The position numbers were made by a program, and so were the translations under genes. The notes beneath the pieces were generated by a model that ran no database searches, had not been told where the DNA came from, and saw nothing but the letters and a program-made list of their open reading frames with translations. From Gammaproteobacteria bacterium (GTDB lineage Bacteria > Pseudomonadota > Gammaproteobacteria > GCA-001735895), in assembly GCA_050298595.1 (NCBI GenBank), contig JBNKUM010000101.1, positions 1-64,000 of the forward strand: DNA of 64,000 nucleotides, written 5' to 3'. Shown here in pieces: positions 20,946 to 32,362 of this stretch (within the stretch, counting starts at the first letter, position 1; each line of letters begins with the position of its first letter).

Positions 20946-22559
20946 CTAAAATTTAAAACGATTGATTAATTTATCGAGGTCGTGCGCCAGTTGAACGATT
21001 CCTTCACCCTGACTTGAAGTGATTTCAGCGTCTTTACTGGTGCTTTCTGACAGATTGCTGATATTCTCAATGCTGTCCTGAACTGTATGTGTAATTTCAC
21101 TTTGTTCACGCACGGTCTGATTCATTTTTTCATTCATACCATGAATGGCAGATACACGTTGAGCAATTAATTTGAGACTGTTATCTGCCATTTCAACTTC
21201 AACCTTACGCTGCTCAGCCTGTTCTTTGGCCTGTGACATGACTTCTACGGCCTGTTTGGCGCCAGCCTGTAGTTGATCGATAATACGTTCAATTTCCTGG
21301 GTAGATTCATGTGAACGGGTGGCTAGTGTCCTGACTTCATCGGCTACTACAGCAAATCCTCGACCCTGTTCGCCAGCACGAGCAGCCTCAATGGCGGCAT
21401 TTAACGCCAGCAGATTTGTTTGCTCTGCAATTCCCTTGATGACATCCAGTACCGAACCTACGCCTTCGCTTTGTTGATCGAGCGACTGAATAACCTGAGA
21501 TGCATTTTCGATGCTGTCGACCAGTTTTAGTATGCCTTCAATGGCTTTATTCGTAGTAGTAGTTCCTTCGTGAGCATCGGCATCAGCCTGACTGGATGCA
21601 TCGGCTACGTTTACGGCAGTGACAGCCAGTCCATCGGCGGACTGCTCTAGTATAGTAATTGAAGTTGCTACAGATTCGGTTTCCTTGCGCTGTTGATTGG
21701 CGGCATTTACGGTTTTTTCAGCAGAGGTCGATATGGAAGAAGAGCTTTGATTGAGCTGTTTAACAGCCATGCTGACCTGTCCAAGACTATCGGAGAAATG
21801 GGACAATAACAGGTTAAAGGCTTTTGCGACCTGGCCTATCTCATCTTCCTTTTCGATGTCTATAGTCTGGGTTAGATCCTGTTTGTCAGCATTTTCAGTC
21901 ATGATATTGCGAATCTTGAGCAGAGGGTTAAGTACCACAGAACCGATGTACCAGGTAATGATGATAAGGCCGACGAACATAACTGCGATGTTGATTCCGG
22001 ATAGCGTCAGCATATTAGTATCGATGAGCTTGTCGAGGTGTTCAAGAGAATAGTCAACTCGAACAGTGCCGAGCAAGGTGCCTGGTTCGGTGACATGGCA
22101 GAGCAGGCAGTTTGTGCCCTTGTAGTTATCAGATGATCGCATTGGGACGATGACAGTAACGGTACGGCCTTTGGCATTTTCACCTTTAACAACGATTTCT
22201 TCCTTGCTTTTTAATCCCTGGCGATCCAGATCATCCTCGATCACCTGTTCTGGATTTCCATTCCCAAAAATTTTGCTTACAGCCTCACCGCGAATTATTT
22301 TTACTGCCAGAATACCCTCGGTTTCCAGCAGTTTTTCTCGTAATATCGATCTTTGTGGCATAGTGCCTGACAACATCATGGTGTTGACATTATCAAAGTA
22401 GGTTCGTGTGATCTGTTCGGTTTTATCTACCGCTAGATCCATCACCATTTCTCGCTCGTTGATAGTGGTGATAGTAGTAGTGATGACAATTAAAAGTACA
22501 AATACTATGGTTAATGAGGCTAGGATTTTATTCTTGAGGCTTTTAGCAAAGAAATTCAT
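20946..22559 (-). CDS. Methyl-accepting chemotaxis protein with periplasmic CxxCH (c-type heme) sensor domain
   Basis: Two TM segments, periplasmic CLLCH, HAMP, and [34 protein letters not shown]; start at 22559 fits the sigma28 promoter. Confidence 0.9.
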   Translation of the reverse strand: MNFFAKSLKNKILASLTIVFVLLIVITTTITTINEREMVMDLAVDKTEQITRTYFDNVNTMMLSGTMPQRSILREKLLETEGILAVKIIRGEAVSKIFGNGNPEQVIEDDLDRQGLKSKEEIVVKGENAKGRTVTVIVPMRSSDNYKGTNCLLCHVTEPGTLLGTVRVDYSLEHLDKLIDTNMLTLSGINIAVMFVGLIIITWYIGSVVLNPLLKIRNIMTENADKQDLTQTIDIEKEDEIGQVAKAFNLLLSHFSDSLGQVSMAVKQLNQSSSSISTSAEKTVNAANQQRKETESVATSITILEQSADGLAVTAVNVADASSQADADAHEGTTTTNKAIEGILKLVDSIENASQVIQSLDQQSEGVGSVLDVIKGIAEQTNLLALNAAIEAARAGEQGRGFAVVADEVRTLATRSHESTQEIERIIDQLQAGAKQAVEVMSQAKEQAEQRKVEVEMADNSLKLIAQRVSAIHGMNEKMNQTVREQSEITHTVQDSIENISNLSESTSKDAEITSSQGEGIVQLAHDLDKLINRFKF

Positions 22560-22589
22560 GGTCAGGCCGGGTAACTGTTTATGAAAGCT

Positions 22590-22616
22590 ATATCGGTGTA
22601 TTGTATACAATCTTTA
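22590..22616 (-). promoter_or_regulatory. Sigma28 (FliA)-type promoter for the MCP gene
   Basis: Minus strand TAAAGATT-N11-ACCGATAT versus consensus TAAAGTTT-N11-GCCGATAA. Confidence 0.75.
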
Positions 22617-22699
22617 GTTGATATTTATGAAATAATCCAAACCTCTCTCACAATTGTAAAAATACGACTGTTGGGGTTGATCTATATCATCCATTGATG

Positions 22700-23370
22700 A
22701 GGGATTTTATATTTTGATAGCCAGTCATTAAATTGTTCCAGGGGCATTGGACTGGCAATACCGTAGGCCTGGATTGGTACAGTTCAAAGCTGCCAGTTTG
22801 ATACCGTGCTTAATGGTTTTCACTCCTTCAACAATATTCAAATCATCCAGATTGATTAACATATCTCGAACAAAAGACTGGTCAATTTTAATTGTGTGTA
22901 CTGGCAGCTTGCGTAGATTGGTGAGTGAGGAATAACCGGTATTTTAGTCATCCAGCGCGAAGCTGAGATTGAATTGTTTCAATTTTTCGATAACGCCAAT
23001 TATTTTATCAATATCTACAACATCACTTTCGAGAATCTCAAGCTCAATGACTCCTGGTTTTAGCTGTCTGTGTTGCAGTGCCTTAATTAGAGTTTTTAAA
23101 AATGCTCTTACTGATCCCGGCAAAGTATTCCTGATCGATATCCGGCTTGGTGGATATGACCGCAGCCAATCCCTGTACCAGTTGAATATTGCTATTAATG
23201 ACGCCTTCAATCTGTGTTTGTAGTGTTGTTAATTGATTTTGTGTTTCGCTGCGTTGATGATTGATTTTCTGTTGCAGGAAATTGACTTCAATGAAATAGT
23301 CAAAGCTTGTAATCAGTATTAAAACATTACCAAGCAGGTACCAGAATGAGGGTTTTAATAGTGCAAGCAT
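22700..23370 (-). pseudogene. Internally deleted sensor (CHASE-like N-terminus)/EAL phosphodiesterase pseudogene
   Basis: TM plus CHASE-like start (23083-23370) joined to EAL pieces IELEILES, FALDD*, TGYSSLTNLRKLPVHTIKIDQSFVRDML and IVEGV, with stops and frameshifts. Confidence 0.75.
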
Positions 23371-23500
23371 ATGCCCATTTTTTTACTGAAATAATTTGAT
23401 AGGTATTCATTACATGAATATCCTGATTGTTGTAGATGCAAAGTATATTTTACGAATGATGCCTGTTTATGATGTTATCAGGGCAAACATCGATTTAGCT

Positions 23501-26500
23501 TTAAGCAGGTGAATGATGCTTTACTTTCCCCAACAACCTGTAGTCATCCAGTATGCAGTAGATTGATGGCACCAGAAACAGCGCTATAACCGTTGCTGAA
23601 GTTAAACCAAAAGCCAGGCTGGCGGCCAGCGGAATGAGTATCTGCGCCTGAAGACTGGTTTCAAGTAGCAGGGGTGCTAAACCAGCAATGGTAGTGATTG
23701 AGGTCAGTAGAATGGGTCTAAATCGGGATCTTCCAGCTTCGCGTGAAGCCTGTTGTACAGGGGTTCCTTTTTCTCTCTCCTCACGGATGAATACCACCAG
23801 GAGTATGGAATCATTAACAACCACACCAAACAGGGAAGCCATACCAATGATGCTCGGCATGGTTAAATCCAGTCCCAATGCCATATGACCAAAGATCACA
23901 CCGATTAATGCGGTTGGAATGACCATCATAACTGTCAGGGGTGCCATATAGCCCCTGAATTGAAAAGCCAGCAGAATGTATAAGCCAATCATGCCCAGAC
24001 CGACATTCTTTACGATTGAAGCACCTGTCTTGGAGGATTTTTCGCTTTCACCCTGTGTATCAATCATGATGTCTGGAAATTGCTGACGGATTTTCGGGAA
24101 GATATCTGTTTCGGCCAGTTTGAGCATTTCCTGGGCATTTGCCAGGTTTCGTTGGACATCACCAAGTACCGTTACTGTACGTTGTCTATCTACCCGGTTG
24201 ATACGCGCCCAGCCTCTATCTTCTTCAATATGAGCAACATTGGTGAGCGGAATCTGATCGCCACTGACAGTACTGATGGTGAATTGCTGAAGGTCATCGA
24301 TATCCTGACGATCAGCGGCAGCAAGTCTTAGATCTATCTCGTAAGTCTCAGCGCCTACCGGAAATTCATCGATTTTAATGCCCTGGTAAGCGGCACTGAC
24401 CTGTGCCGAGATACGATTTGCTGTTATTCCCAGTATGCCTGCAGAATCCAGCAGACTGATTTTAAGTTCACGTTTTCCGGGGCGTAAATCATCGCTGATA
24501 TCGACCACACCAACATAACCATTAAACCAGTTCTGCATCATTTGAGATGCGGACTTTAATTGCTCCAGATCACTACCTCTGAGTCTGACTTCTATGGCCC
24601 GCCCACCAGGGCCAATGGTCGGTTCAGTAAATTTCAGAGAGATAAGGTCTGGCTGCTTGCCAACAGCTTCACGCCACTCGTTCCTAAAGGTCTCGAGTCT
24701 GGTTTTACGGGTCTCCGTAGACAACAGGTCTACGATGACACGAGCAACGTGAGGTCCTGTCTCGTAGGCATCCGGATTCTGATTGAAGATGACCGTCATA
24801 TTGTTGATCAGACTTTGTTCGCGGGGTTGTAGAGGCGTATATTTATCATTAAGGGCATAGGCAGCCTGCTCAATCTTTTCAACCAGAGACTTTGTTTTCT
24901 CCAAAGGCGTACCCTGGGGCAGTAATATGCGTGCTTCAATAATATTGCCTTCAATGGACGGAAATCCAACAAACTTTAGTTTTCCACCAGCTGGCATGGC
25001 AATCGCCAGGATGATGAGCATGATGGTGATACCAAGCGTCAGATAACGGTAGTCAATCGCCTTGTCCAGTGCCGGGCCGAACCAGTTGTCACGGAAATGA
25101 TTAAAGCTATTCTCAAACCAGCTACGAAACTTTCCGGGATCTCGGTTTTCCATATGATCTAGACTGTGACCGAGGTGGTTTGGTAGGATCAGGAATGCTT
25201 CCAGCAAGCTTACTGTGAGTACAATAATCAATACAATGGGGATAAATCTGAGAATTTGTCCCATATCGCCAGTGATGAAAACAAGTGAGCCGAAGATCAT
25301 AATAGTAGTGGCAAAAGAAGATAATATGCCGGGTAGTACCTGGGTGACCCCGGAGACGGCTGCATGCAAAGCTCGTTCTCCTTTATCCAGCCTTGATGCT
25401 ATGTTTTCTGCGATGACGATAGCATCATCCATTAACAGGCCGACACCTATCAATAGACCGACTAAAGAGATCATATTGATCGTTATGCCAAGCAGTGGCA
25501 TTACAAACAGTGCCCCGAGAAAAGAAATGGGCAGGCCCATTGTGACCCAGAAACTATAGCGGATACTAAAGAACAGCCACAGCATCAGGAACACCATAAT
25601 CAAGCCCTGAACACCGTTGATAAGAATCATATCCAGCCTGTCCTGAACAATGGAAGCTCCGTCCTGCGTTAAGGTCAGTTTAACGTTTTCTGGCAACTTG
25701 CTGTTTTCCATGGCAACGAAATCCTTAACATCCTGTAAAGATCTGAGAATATCCTGCTCGGGCGTTTTAGTAATGTTAAGAATGGCCGCTCGCTGGCGAT
25801 TAAATAAAATCATATTTTCTTCGCGATCAAAGCGATCAGTGATGCTGGCGATATCCTTTAAATGAATGGTGGCACCATTTTTGGCGGAGATCACAACCAG
25901 GTTACCAATCTGCTCAACGTTTTTGCGTTGATCATCGATACGCAAAAGGATGTCTTCCTCCGGTCCTTCCAGGCGACCGGCCGGAATTCCGATACTCTGG
26001 TTCATTAACGTGGTGGCTATATCTGAAAGTGATAACCCGAATTGACGTAAACGGTTTGCTGCAATCTCAATACGAATCTGGTGGTCTGAAAAACCGTCAA
26101 TGTTGACATTTGCAATATCGGCTTTGGCCAGCAGACGTAATTTAACATCCTCTGCATAGGCTTTAAGCTGTACAGGATCTTCGGGGCCGGTGATCGCAAT
26201 AGATACAACCGAGTCGGTTCGACCTGACTCTTCAATAACCGGAGCTTCTACCTGTTCGGGAAAGTCGTTGATAGCATCGATAGCAGCATTCACATCGTCC
26301 AGAAAGCGAGCCATATCGCTGCCTTCAGTCATCTCAGCTGTTGCTTTACCCACACCCTCTGAGGAATCACAGGTCATTTCATCCAGATCAGAAAGACTTT
26401 CCAGTGCATCTTCAATGCGTCTACAAATGGCGTCTTCAACTTCTAATGCAGTAGAGCCAGGATAAATGACCGTAATAGTGACCTTGGCATTCTTGATACG

Positions 26501-26608
26501 AGGGAAGGTTTCTCGTTGCAGATTGGGCAAACTGACAAGACCGAGCAGAATAATCGCCAGCATAGTCAGGTTCGCAGCGGTAGGGTGATCGGCAAACCAC
26601 TTTAACAT
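23501..26608 (-). CDS. RND efflux transporter permease (AcrB/AcrD/AcrF family)
   Basis: 1035 aa; GLLMDDAIVIAENI, GVVVNDSILLV and RFRPILLTSITT motifs. Confidence 0.92.
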   Translation of the reverse strand: MLKWFADHPTAANLTMLAIILLGLVSLPNLQRETFPRIKNAKVTITVIYPGSTALEVEDAICRRIEDALESLSDLDEMTCDSSEGVGKATAEMTEGSDMARFLDDVNAAIDAINDFPEQVEAPVIEESGRTDSVVSIAITGPEDPVQLKAYAEDVKLRLLAKADIANVNIDGFSDHQIRIEIAANRLRQFGLSLSDIATTLMNQSIGIPAGRLEGPEEDILLRIDDQRKNVEQIGNLVVISAKNGATIHLKDIASITDRFDREENMILFNRQRAAILNITKTPEQDILRSLQDVKDFVAMENSKLPENVKLTLTQDGASIVQDRLDMILINGVQGLIMVFLMLWLFFSIRYSFWVTMGLPISFLGALFVMPLLGITINMISLVGLLIGVGLLMDDAIVIAENIASRLDKGERALHAAVSGVTQVLPGILSSFATTIMIFGSLVFITGDMGQILRFIPIVLIIVLTVSLLEAFLILPNHLGHSLDHMENRDPGKFRSWFENSFNHFRDNWFGPALDKAIDYRYLTLGITIMLIILAIAMPAGGKLKFVGFPSIEGNIIEARILLPQGTPLEKTKSLVEKIEQAAYALNDKYTPLQPREQSLINNMTVIFNQNPDAYETGPHVARVIVDLLSTETRKTRLETFRNEWREAVGKQPDLISLKFTEPTIGPGGRAIEVRLRGSDLEQLKSASQMMQNWFNGYVGVVDISDDLRPGKRELKISLLDSAGILGITANRISAQVSAAYQGIKIDEFPVGAETYEIDLRLAAADRQDIDDLQQFTISTVSGDQIPLTNVAHIEEDRGWARINRVDRQRTVTVLGDVQRNLANAQEMLKLAETDIFPKIRQQFPDIMIDTQGESEKSSKTGASIVKNVGLGMIGLYILLAFQFRGYMAPLTVMMVIPTALIGVIFGHMALGLDLTMPSIIGMASLFGVVVNDSILLVVFIREEREKGTPVQQASREAGRSRFRPILLTSITTIAGLAPLLLETSLQAQILIPLAASLAFGLTSATVIALFLVPSIYCILDDYRLLGKVKHHSPA

Positions 26609-26611
26609 GAT

Positions 26612-27895
26612 TTAATTTCCTGCTGCTGTATCTGATACGGGGTCGAGCAACATGCCCGATACTGCAGGAATGATATCGCTCAATACCAGTTGCTCACCGG
26701 CTTTTATACCGGTCTGAATGATGCTGAACTGTTGCTGGTTGTATAGCGTTTTAACCGAGCGGATCTGCAATTGTTTATTACTGTCCATGATATATGCACG
26801 TCCGTTTCTCAATGCACTACGAGGCACTACAATAGAGTCAGGTTGAACTTGTCCGGCTATGCTAACTTCAACCAGCATACCCTTGGAAAGTGGTGGACGT
26901 TTACCTGGAATAACCTGTTTCAATGGATCATCGATGGCAACGACTAAGCCTATGGTGCGGGTTTGGCTGTCTACACTATCGGTAATTCGTACAAAGCGAG
27001 CTTCCCATTCTGCGGGCTGGTCATTGCCTAGATCCATGCTAACAGTAGGTTTGAAACCGGCAATCTGGCTGATATTGTTATTTAGCTTGAGCATGTCGAT
27101 AGCTACAGCCTGGCCATTAGCAAACAGGTTTTTTATTGAAGACATGGCAATTTGTGCTGTGACCTCAACTCTGTCTATCGAGTCACCGGAAAACATATGC
27201 TCTCCTTTGGATACATACTGATTGGCTTCAATTTTTAAGCCACTGACGCGTAAATTGAAAGGGGCCTGAATTATCGTGTTGTCCAGATCACGTTGCGCCT
27301 GATCGATCTTGACCTGAAGTAATTTGCGATTGCTGGGGAACAGTGCGAGAGTGTTTTTATAATTCTGTACCGAAGTACGCGAATTCAATAGTGTACGTTC
27401 TGCACTGTCGGTATCACTTTGCGAAATGCTGCCTTTTTTCACCAGCTGTTTTAGACGGTTGAATTCCTTTTCAGCCAGTGCCAGATTGCGCTGTTCTATA
27501 TCCAGCAGAGCCACTGCATTCTTTTGCTGGACCTCCAGTTCTGCCAGTTGGGCCTGAGCCTGGGCCAGATTAAGCTGGTAGTCGACTGGGTCAATTTGTA
27601 GCAGGATTTCTCCCTGCTGAATTATTTCGCCATCATTTAGCTTCTCATGCATAGATGCTATGCGTCCTGATACCTGTGCTATAGCTTTCCACACCTGTGC
27701 AGGCTGTACTTCTCCAAACCCGTGTACTACCGGGATAAAATCCTGTGCTTCAATCAACATAGTACGCACCTTGAGGGCCTCTATATTGCCATCAGTTTTA
27801 CTCGGTGTTTGTTGACCACTTTTAAGCAATATAAAAATAACAACAGCAATAATGACTGGCGGCAGGAGTAACAGCTTTTTTGATAGTTTTTGCAT
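26612..27895 (-). CDS. RND efflux periplasmic adaptor (membrane fusion protein)
   Basis: N-terminal anchor, lipoyl/hairpin pattern (AQVSGRI, IQAPF), VDSQTRT; adjacent to the RND permease. Confidence 0.9.
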   Translation of the reverse strand: MQKLSKKLLLLPPVIIAVVIFILLKSGQQTPSKTDGNIEALKVRTMLIEAQDFIPVVHGFGEVQPAQVWKAIAQVSGRIASMHEKLNDGEIIQQGEILLQIDPVDYQLNLAQAQAQLAELEVQQKNAVALLDIEQRNLALAEKEFNRLKQLVKKGSISQSDTDSAERTLLNSRTSVQNYKNTLALFPSNRKLLQVKIDQAQRDLDNTIIQAPFNLRVSGLKIEANQYVSKGEHMFSGDSIDRVEVTAQIAMSSIKNLFANGQAVAIDMLKLNNNISQIAGFKPTVSMDLGNDQPAEWEARFVRITDSVDSQTRTIGLVVAIDDPLKQVIPGKRPPLSKGMLVEVSIAGQVQPDSIVVPRSALRNGRAYIMDSNKQLQIRSVKTLYNQQQFSIIQTGIKAGEQLVLSDIIPAVSGMLLDPVSDTAAGN

Positions 27896-28038
27896 AATGA
27901 ATAACTGGCTGGACTAAGAGCTAGATTGTATGGTTTTTTTTCGCTTTGTAACTTTTTGTAAATGCCCAGGGTGCTAGCGGCTAAGTGGCTATGGGGTGAA
28001 CACCCGGATTGTTACCCGGGTGTTTTAATAGTGTATAG

Positions 28039-28497
28039 CTATTTACCCAGGCGGGTTTTTACGTGTTGTAAGTAGATAGATTTGTGAACATCACCCAGGC
28101 TGAGCATGCCCAGTAATCGGTCACCGACTGCTACCGGTATACGTCTGAATTTATTGCCAACCATACGTGCTGCAGCTTTCAGTATCTCCATATCGGGGGG
28201 CACGGTAATGACTGATTTACTCATCAACGAATCTACCCTCATACCTACTACTGTGGAATATTGTCCCAACGCTTCGGTCATATCGATATGAGACAGGCCT
28301 TCCATCATATCTTCAACTTTGGGGAACATAGGGCCAAGCACGTCGCGTTCGGAAATAAAGCCCACTAACCAGTTATCGTCCTCAACTACCGGGATACCAC
28401 TGAGTCGGTAGAGACACATCATGCTGACAACTTCGGCCATAGGTGTGTCAGCTGTAACCGTCTTCAACGATGTACTCATAATGTCTTTAACCAGCAT
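28039..28497 (-). CDS. CBS-domain pair protein
   Basis: VKDIMS, SGIPVV..LVGFISERD, RRIPVA..LLGMLSLGD. Confidence 0.9.
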   Translation of the reverse strand: MLVKDIMSTSLKTVTADTPMAEVVSMMCLYRLSGIPVVEDDNWLVGFISERDVLGPMFPKVEDMMEGLSHIDMTEALGQYSTVVGMRVDSLMSKSVITVPPDMEILKAAARMVGNKFRRIPVAVGDRLLGMLSLGDVHKSIYLQHVKTRLGK

Positions 28498-28729
28498 AGT
28501 AACTCCTTTGTGTTATTGTTATAAAAATGAAACTACCTAACTGTTATACCAGCCATACTGATCAGGGTCAAAATAACATTTGGAAATACAGGGTTATCAA
28601 TAGGAGGATAAGTTTTTTTATGGCATATGGAGCCTTTTCGACACAGATTATCCCGTCCCAGCTTACTGTGTTTACTGATATTGATCAGGTAAGCTGAGAT
28701 GTTTTATATGAAGCCTCAGGAATCACACT

Positions 28730-29170
28730 ATGCAGACTCAGCTACTCATCGACGCAGTCGAATCTGGCCAGATATTACTCGATGCCAGTATGGCTAATCG
28801 TCATGGTTTAATTTCTGGCGCAACGGGTACTGGGAAAACGGTCACCCTACAAATACTTGCTGAAGGATTTTCGCGTATCGGTGTGCCAGTGTTAGTGACC
28901 GATATTAAAGGTTGATCTGTCAGGGCTCTCGCAAGCGGGTAAGCCGCATAAAAAGGTCGATGAACGAGACTGCTGGAATTGAATGAGACCCAGACGGGTA
29001 TCATGTATGCATGCTTTGATCTGGCCGATATCATGATTACTGATTTCTCCGGATGGGGGTTGATCAATATCCTGGACGCTACTCGCTTAAGTTCGATATC
29101 TCCGGGGTTGATGCAGTAACCCGTAAAGACCTGATTCAACGTTCGCCATTATATGCTCGGTGGGTAGTAC
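28730..29170 (+). pseudogene. Decayed DUF853 (YjgR/HerA-like) ATPase pseudogene
   Basis: [21 protein letters not shown]...TDIKG* followed by out-of-frame pieces (LLELNETQTGIMYACFDLAD; GLINILDA); most of a roughly 500-aa gene is missing. Confidence 0.75.
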
Positions 29171-29373
29171 ATTAGGTCGACGCATAGTGAGAGGAATACC
29201 AGGCTCTTTATTGGGTAAATAATTCTGTTTTGCTGCATATTCTCGCGGTTTAATAATTAAAGTAGATCTATGTCAATTAGCGCATAGAAAAGGCCAAAAA
29301 AAAATAAGATGCTTCGCTAAATATCAGGCGAGTTTATGCTATTATCAGTACCACCTATTAGGTTTCTAGAACA

Positions 29374-31131
29374 ATGACTAATAATAAAGCCAAAAGCGTA
29401 CAAAAATTTGTGTCAGAGTGCATAGGTAAGCAACCTGATACCTCTCTTTTATTGCAGTATCTGATTGCCATCCAGCATCAGTACTTATACATTCCTTCCG
29501 CAGCTATCCTGCAACTCACTCAGCAGCTGTCTACCACTGAGGCCCATATAAAGTCGGTGGTCGATTTTTACAGTTTCCTCAATCTGCAATCGCCAGGATC
29601 CTATCAATTGCTATTTAGCGACAATATTACGGATCGCTTTTCAGGCAATGTAGGATATCTGGAACAGATGAAGAGCGCCCTGTCAGATCAGAATGTCACA
29701 CTTGGGTTGACCTCCTGTACTGGCTTATGCGACCAGGGCCCAGGTTTACTGGTGAACGGTCATGCTATTAATCATCTGGATAGTAAAAGGGCCGATGCGA
29801 TTGTCCAATTGATCCGGCAAAATAAACCAGTATCAGAATGGCCACAGGAGTGGTTTGAGATAGAAGACAATATTCAGCGTAAAGACATACAACTCTCCGC
29901 TGATTACCTGGCTGGTGAGGGGCTTAAGGCTGTAGTTGAGGGTAGAGAAACTCAGTTTTTACAGCAACTTGAGCTTTCGGGTCTTCGTGGACGCGGTGGA
30001 GCGGGGTTTTTAACCGCAAAAAAATGGCAGTTTTGCAAAGATTCACAGGCAGATATGCATTATGTGATTTGTAATGCTGATGAAGGGGAGCCGGGTACAT
30101 TTAAAGATCGGGTTTTATTAAATACCTATGCCGATGCAGTCATAGAGGGCATGACTATTTGTGCCAAAGTCATTGGTGCCAGTAAGGGATTTATTTATCT
30201 GCGCGGAGAATATAGGTTTTTACTGGATAAACTCAATGCCGTGCTGCAGCAACGCAGACAGCAGGGACTGTTGGGGGAAAATATCCTCGGGCAGGCTGGG
30301 TTTGATTTTGATATTGATATCCATTTAGGTGCTGGAGCCTATGTCTGTGGAGAGGAATCGGCACTGATTGAATCGCTGGAAGGGAAACGGGGGAACCCTC
30401 GTGTTAAACCTCCTTTTCCAGTGCAGCACGGTTATATGAATCAACCTACCGTAGTGAATAATGTAGAAACCTTTTATTCGGTGAATTTCATTGCTGCTCA
30501 GGGTGCTGAAATCTTTTCTCAGGCCGGTACCGAGCAATCCAGAGGCACACGATTACTCAGTATCAGCGGTGATTGCAGCACGCCGGGTATCTATGAATAT
30601 CCCTTCGGTGTCAGTCTGCAGCAGATACTCAAGGATTGTGGGGCTGAGAATGCACAAGCGGTGCAAATGGCGGGTGCGGCCGGGAATCTGGTACTGGCAA
30701 GGGATTTTGACCGCGTAATGAGTTTTGAAGACCTGGCGACCGGAGGTTCTTTTATGGTGTTAGGGCCAGAGCGTAATCTACTGGAGATACTGAACAATTT
30801 TGCCCGCTTCTTCGTACATGAAAGCTGTGGTTTCTGTACCCCCTGTCGGGTTGGAACGAGCCTGATAGCAGAAATCATCGATGACTTTGCTAATGGAAAT
30901 GGCTCTAGTACGGCTTTGAATCAACTTTCTGAAGTTAGTAGTTTAATGCTGAGAAGCTCATTCTGTGGTCTGGGTTGTAGTGCACCTCACGCTTTTGTTG
31001 ATGCAATGCGCGATTGTCCAGAGCTATTCGAAGCTCAGATGGCAACGGGTGATGACCCGGTGTTTGATCTGGAAAAAGAGGTCACTGAGTACGATCAACT
31101 GATTAAAACTTCAGCGCAGGAGGTTAGCTAA
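29374..31131 (+). CDS. hoxF: NAD-reducing [NiFe]-hydrogenase diaphorase subunit HoxF
   Basis: NuoE-like N-terminus fused to NuoF motifs GLRGRGGAGF, CNADEGEPGTFKDR, YVCGEESAL and HESCGFCTPCRVG. Confidence 0.92.
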   Translation: MTNNKAKSVQKFVSECIGKQPDTSLLLQYLIAIQHQYLYIPSAAILQLTQQLSTTEAHIKSVVDFYSFLNLQSPGSYQLLFSDNITDRFSGNVGYLEQMKSALSDQNVTLGLTSCTGLCDQGPGLLVNGHAINHLDSKRADAIVQLIRQNKPVSEWPQEWFEIEDNIQRKDIQLSADYLAGEGLKAVVEGRETQFLQQLELSGLRGRGGAGFLTAKKWQFCKDSQADMHYVICNADEGEPGTFKDRVLLNTYADAVIEGMTICAKVIGASKGFIYLRGEYRFLLDKLNAVLQQRRQQGLLGENILGQAGFDFDIDIHLGAGAYVCGEESALIESLEGKRGNPRVKPPFPVQHGYMNQPTVVNNVETFYSVNFIAAQGAEIFSQAGTEQSRGTRLLSISGDCSTPGIYEYPFGVSLQQILKDCGAENAQAVQMAGAAGNLVLARDFDRVMSFEDLATGGSFMVLGPERNLLEILNNFARFFVHESCGFCTPCRVGTSLIAEIIDDFANGNGSSTALNQLSEVSSLMLRSSFCGLGCSAPHAFVDAMRDCPELFEAQMATGDDPVFDLEKEVTEYDQLIKTSAQEVS

Positions 31132-31826
31132 TGTCGCAATTCTATATTGATGGTCAAACTGTACCATTTACCCCTGGGCAAACCATCATGCAGGCTGCGC
31201 TGGAGGCTGAGATCTATATCCCGCACCTATGCTTTCATCCTGAATTTCACCCGCACGGTAGTTGCCGGGTGTGCCTGGTTGAGATTGATAAACGCATGTT
31301 TGCAGCCTGTACCTATCCAGCACAGGAGGGGATAGAAGTTTCAAATATCACTCCGGCAGTTCAAAAATGGCGGCAGGAAGTGCTTGAAATGCTGTTCGTT
31401 GAAGGTAACCATGTATGTCCTTCCTGCGAGAAAAGTGGATCCTGTAACCTGCAGTCAGTCGCTGAGTTCTGCGGTATGTTGACACCGCCCTTTCGTTTTC
31501 AGTATCCGAATCGACAGGTCGATGCTAGCCATCCGGATTTTATGCTGGATTACAACCGATGCATTTTTTGTGAGTTATGTGTGAGAGCAAGTCGCGATGT
31601 GGATGGAAAATCTATTTTTTCAATCGCAGGAAGAGGGCATAAGGTACACCTACAGATAGATGCTGATGAAAGTCTGTTGGGAAATAGCAGCTTTGAAAAA
31701 ACAGACCGCGCCGCCACCATCTGTCCGGTGGGTGTGTTTTTACCCAAGGGCAAAGGATTCGATGCGGCTATAGGACATCGGTTATATGACATAGAAACCA
31801 TAGATCAGCAGCAGGTGAAAAAGTGA
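31131..31826 (+). CDS. hoxU: Diaphorase Fe-S subunit HoxU
   Basis: IPHLC, GSCRVC, HVCPSCEKSGSC, RCIFCELCVR and CPVG. Confidence 0.92.
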   Translation: MSQFYIDGQTVPFTPGQTIMQAALEAEIYIPHLCFHPEFHPHGSCRVCLVEIDKRMFAACTYPAQEGIEVSNITPAVQKWRQEVLEMLFVEGNHVCPSCEKSGSCNLQSVAEFCGMLTPPFRFQYPNRQVDASHPDFMLDYNRCIFCELCVRASRDVDGKSIFSIAGRGHKVHLQIDADESLLGNSSFEKTDRAATICPVGVFLPKGKGFDAAIGHRLYDIETIDQQQVKK

Positions 31827-32362
31827 GCGATAAAATTAGAATTGCGACAACTTCACTGGCAGGCTGTTTCGGCTGCCATATGTCGATACTGGATATCGAT
31901 GAAAAAATCATCGATCTGGTTGAGCTGGTTGAATTTAGCCGATCGCCACTGACCGATTTTAAACATGTTGAAAATTGCGATATAGGCATTATCGAAGGCG
32001 CGGTAGCAAACTCGGAAAATGTAGAAGTACTGCGTGAGTTTCGTAAACAGTGCAAGATTATTATAGCGATAGGTGCCTGTGCATTAAATGGTGGCATACC
32101 CGCAATGCGTAATCATTATACGGTTGATGATATCTTCCAGGAATCTTACGTGAATGGCATAGGCCTGGATCATGCGCATATACCTAATGATCCAGAGTTA
32201 CCTAAAATATTGAATAAAGTGCACCCGATACAGGAAGTGGTTAAGGTAGATTATGTGTTGCCCGGCTGTCCTCCCCCAGCTGAACTGATCTGGGAAGTAT
32301 TAAGCGCTTTAATCCAGGGCAGGGAGCCTGTAATTACTCAGGAGATTCTGCAATATGACTAG
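31823..32362 (+). CDS. hoxY: Hydrogenase small subunit HoxY
   Basis: LAGCFGCHMS, GACA and LPGCPP motifs. Confidence 0.93.
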   Translation: MSDKIRIATTSLAGCFGCHMSILDIDEKIIDLVELVEFSRSPLTDFKHVENCDIGIIEGAVANSENVEVLREFRKQCKIIIAIGACALNGGIPAMRNHYTVDDIFQESYVNGIGLDHAHIPNDPELPKILNKVHPIQEVVKVDYVLPGCPPPAELIWEVLSALIQGREPVITQEILQYD

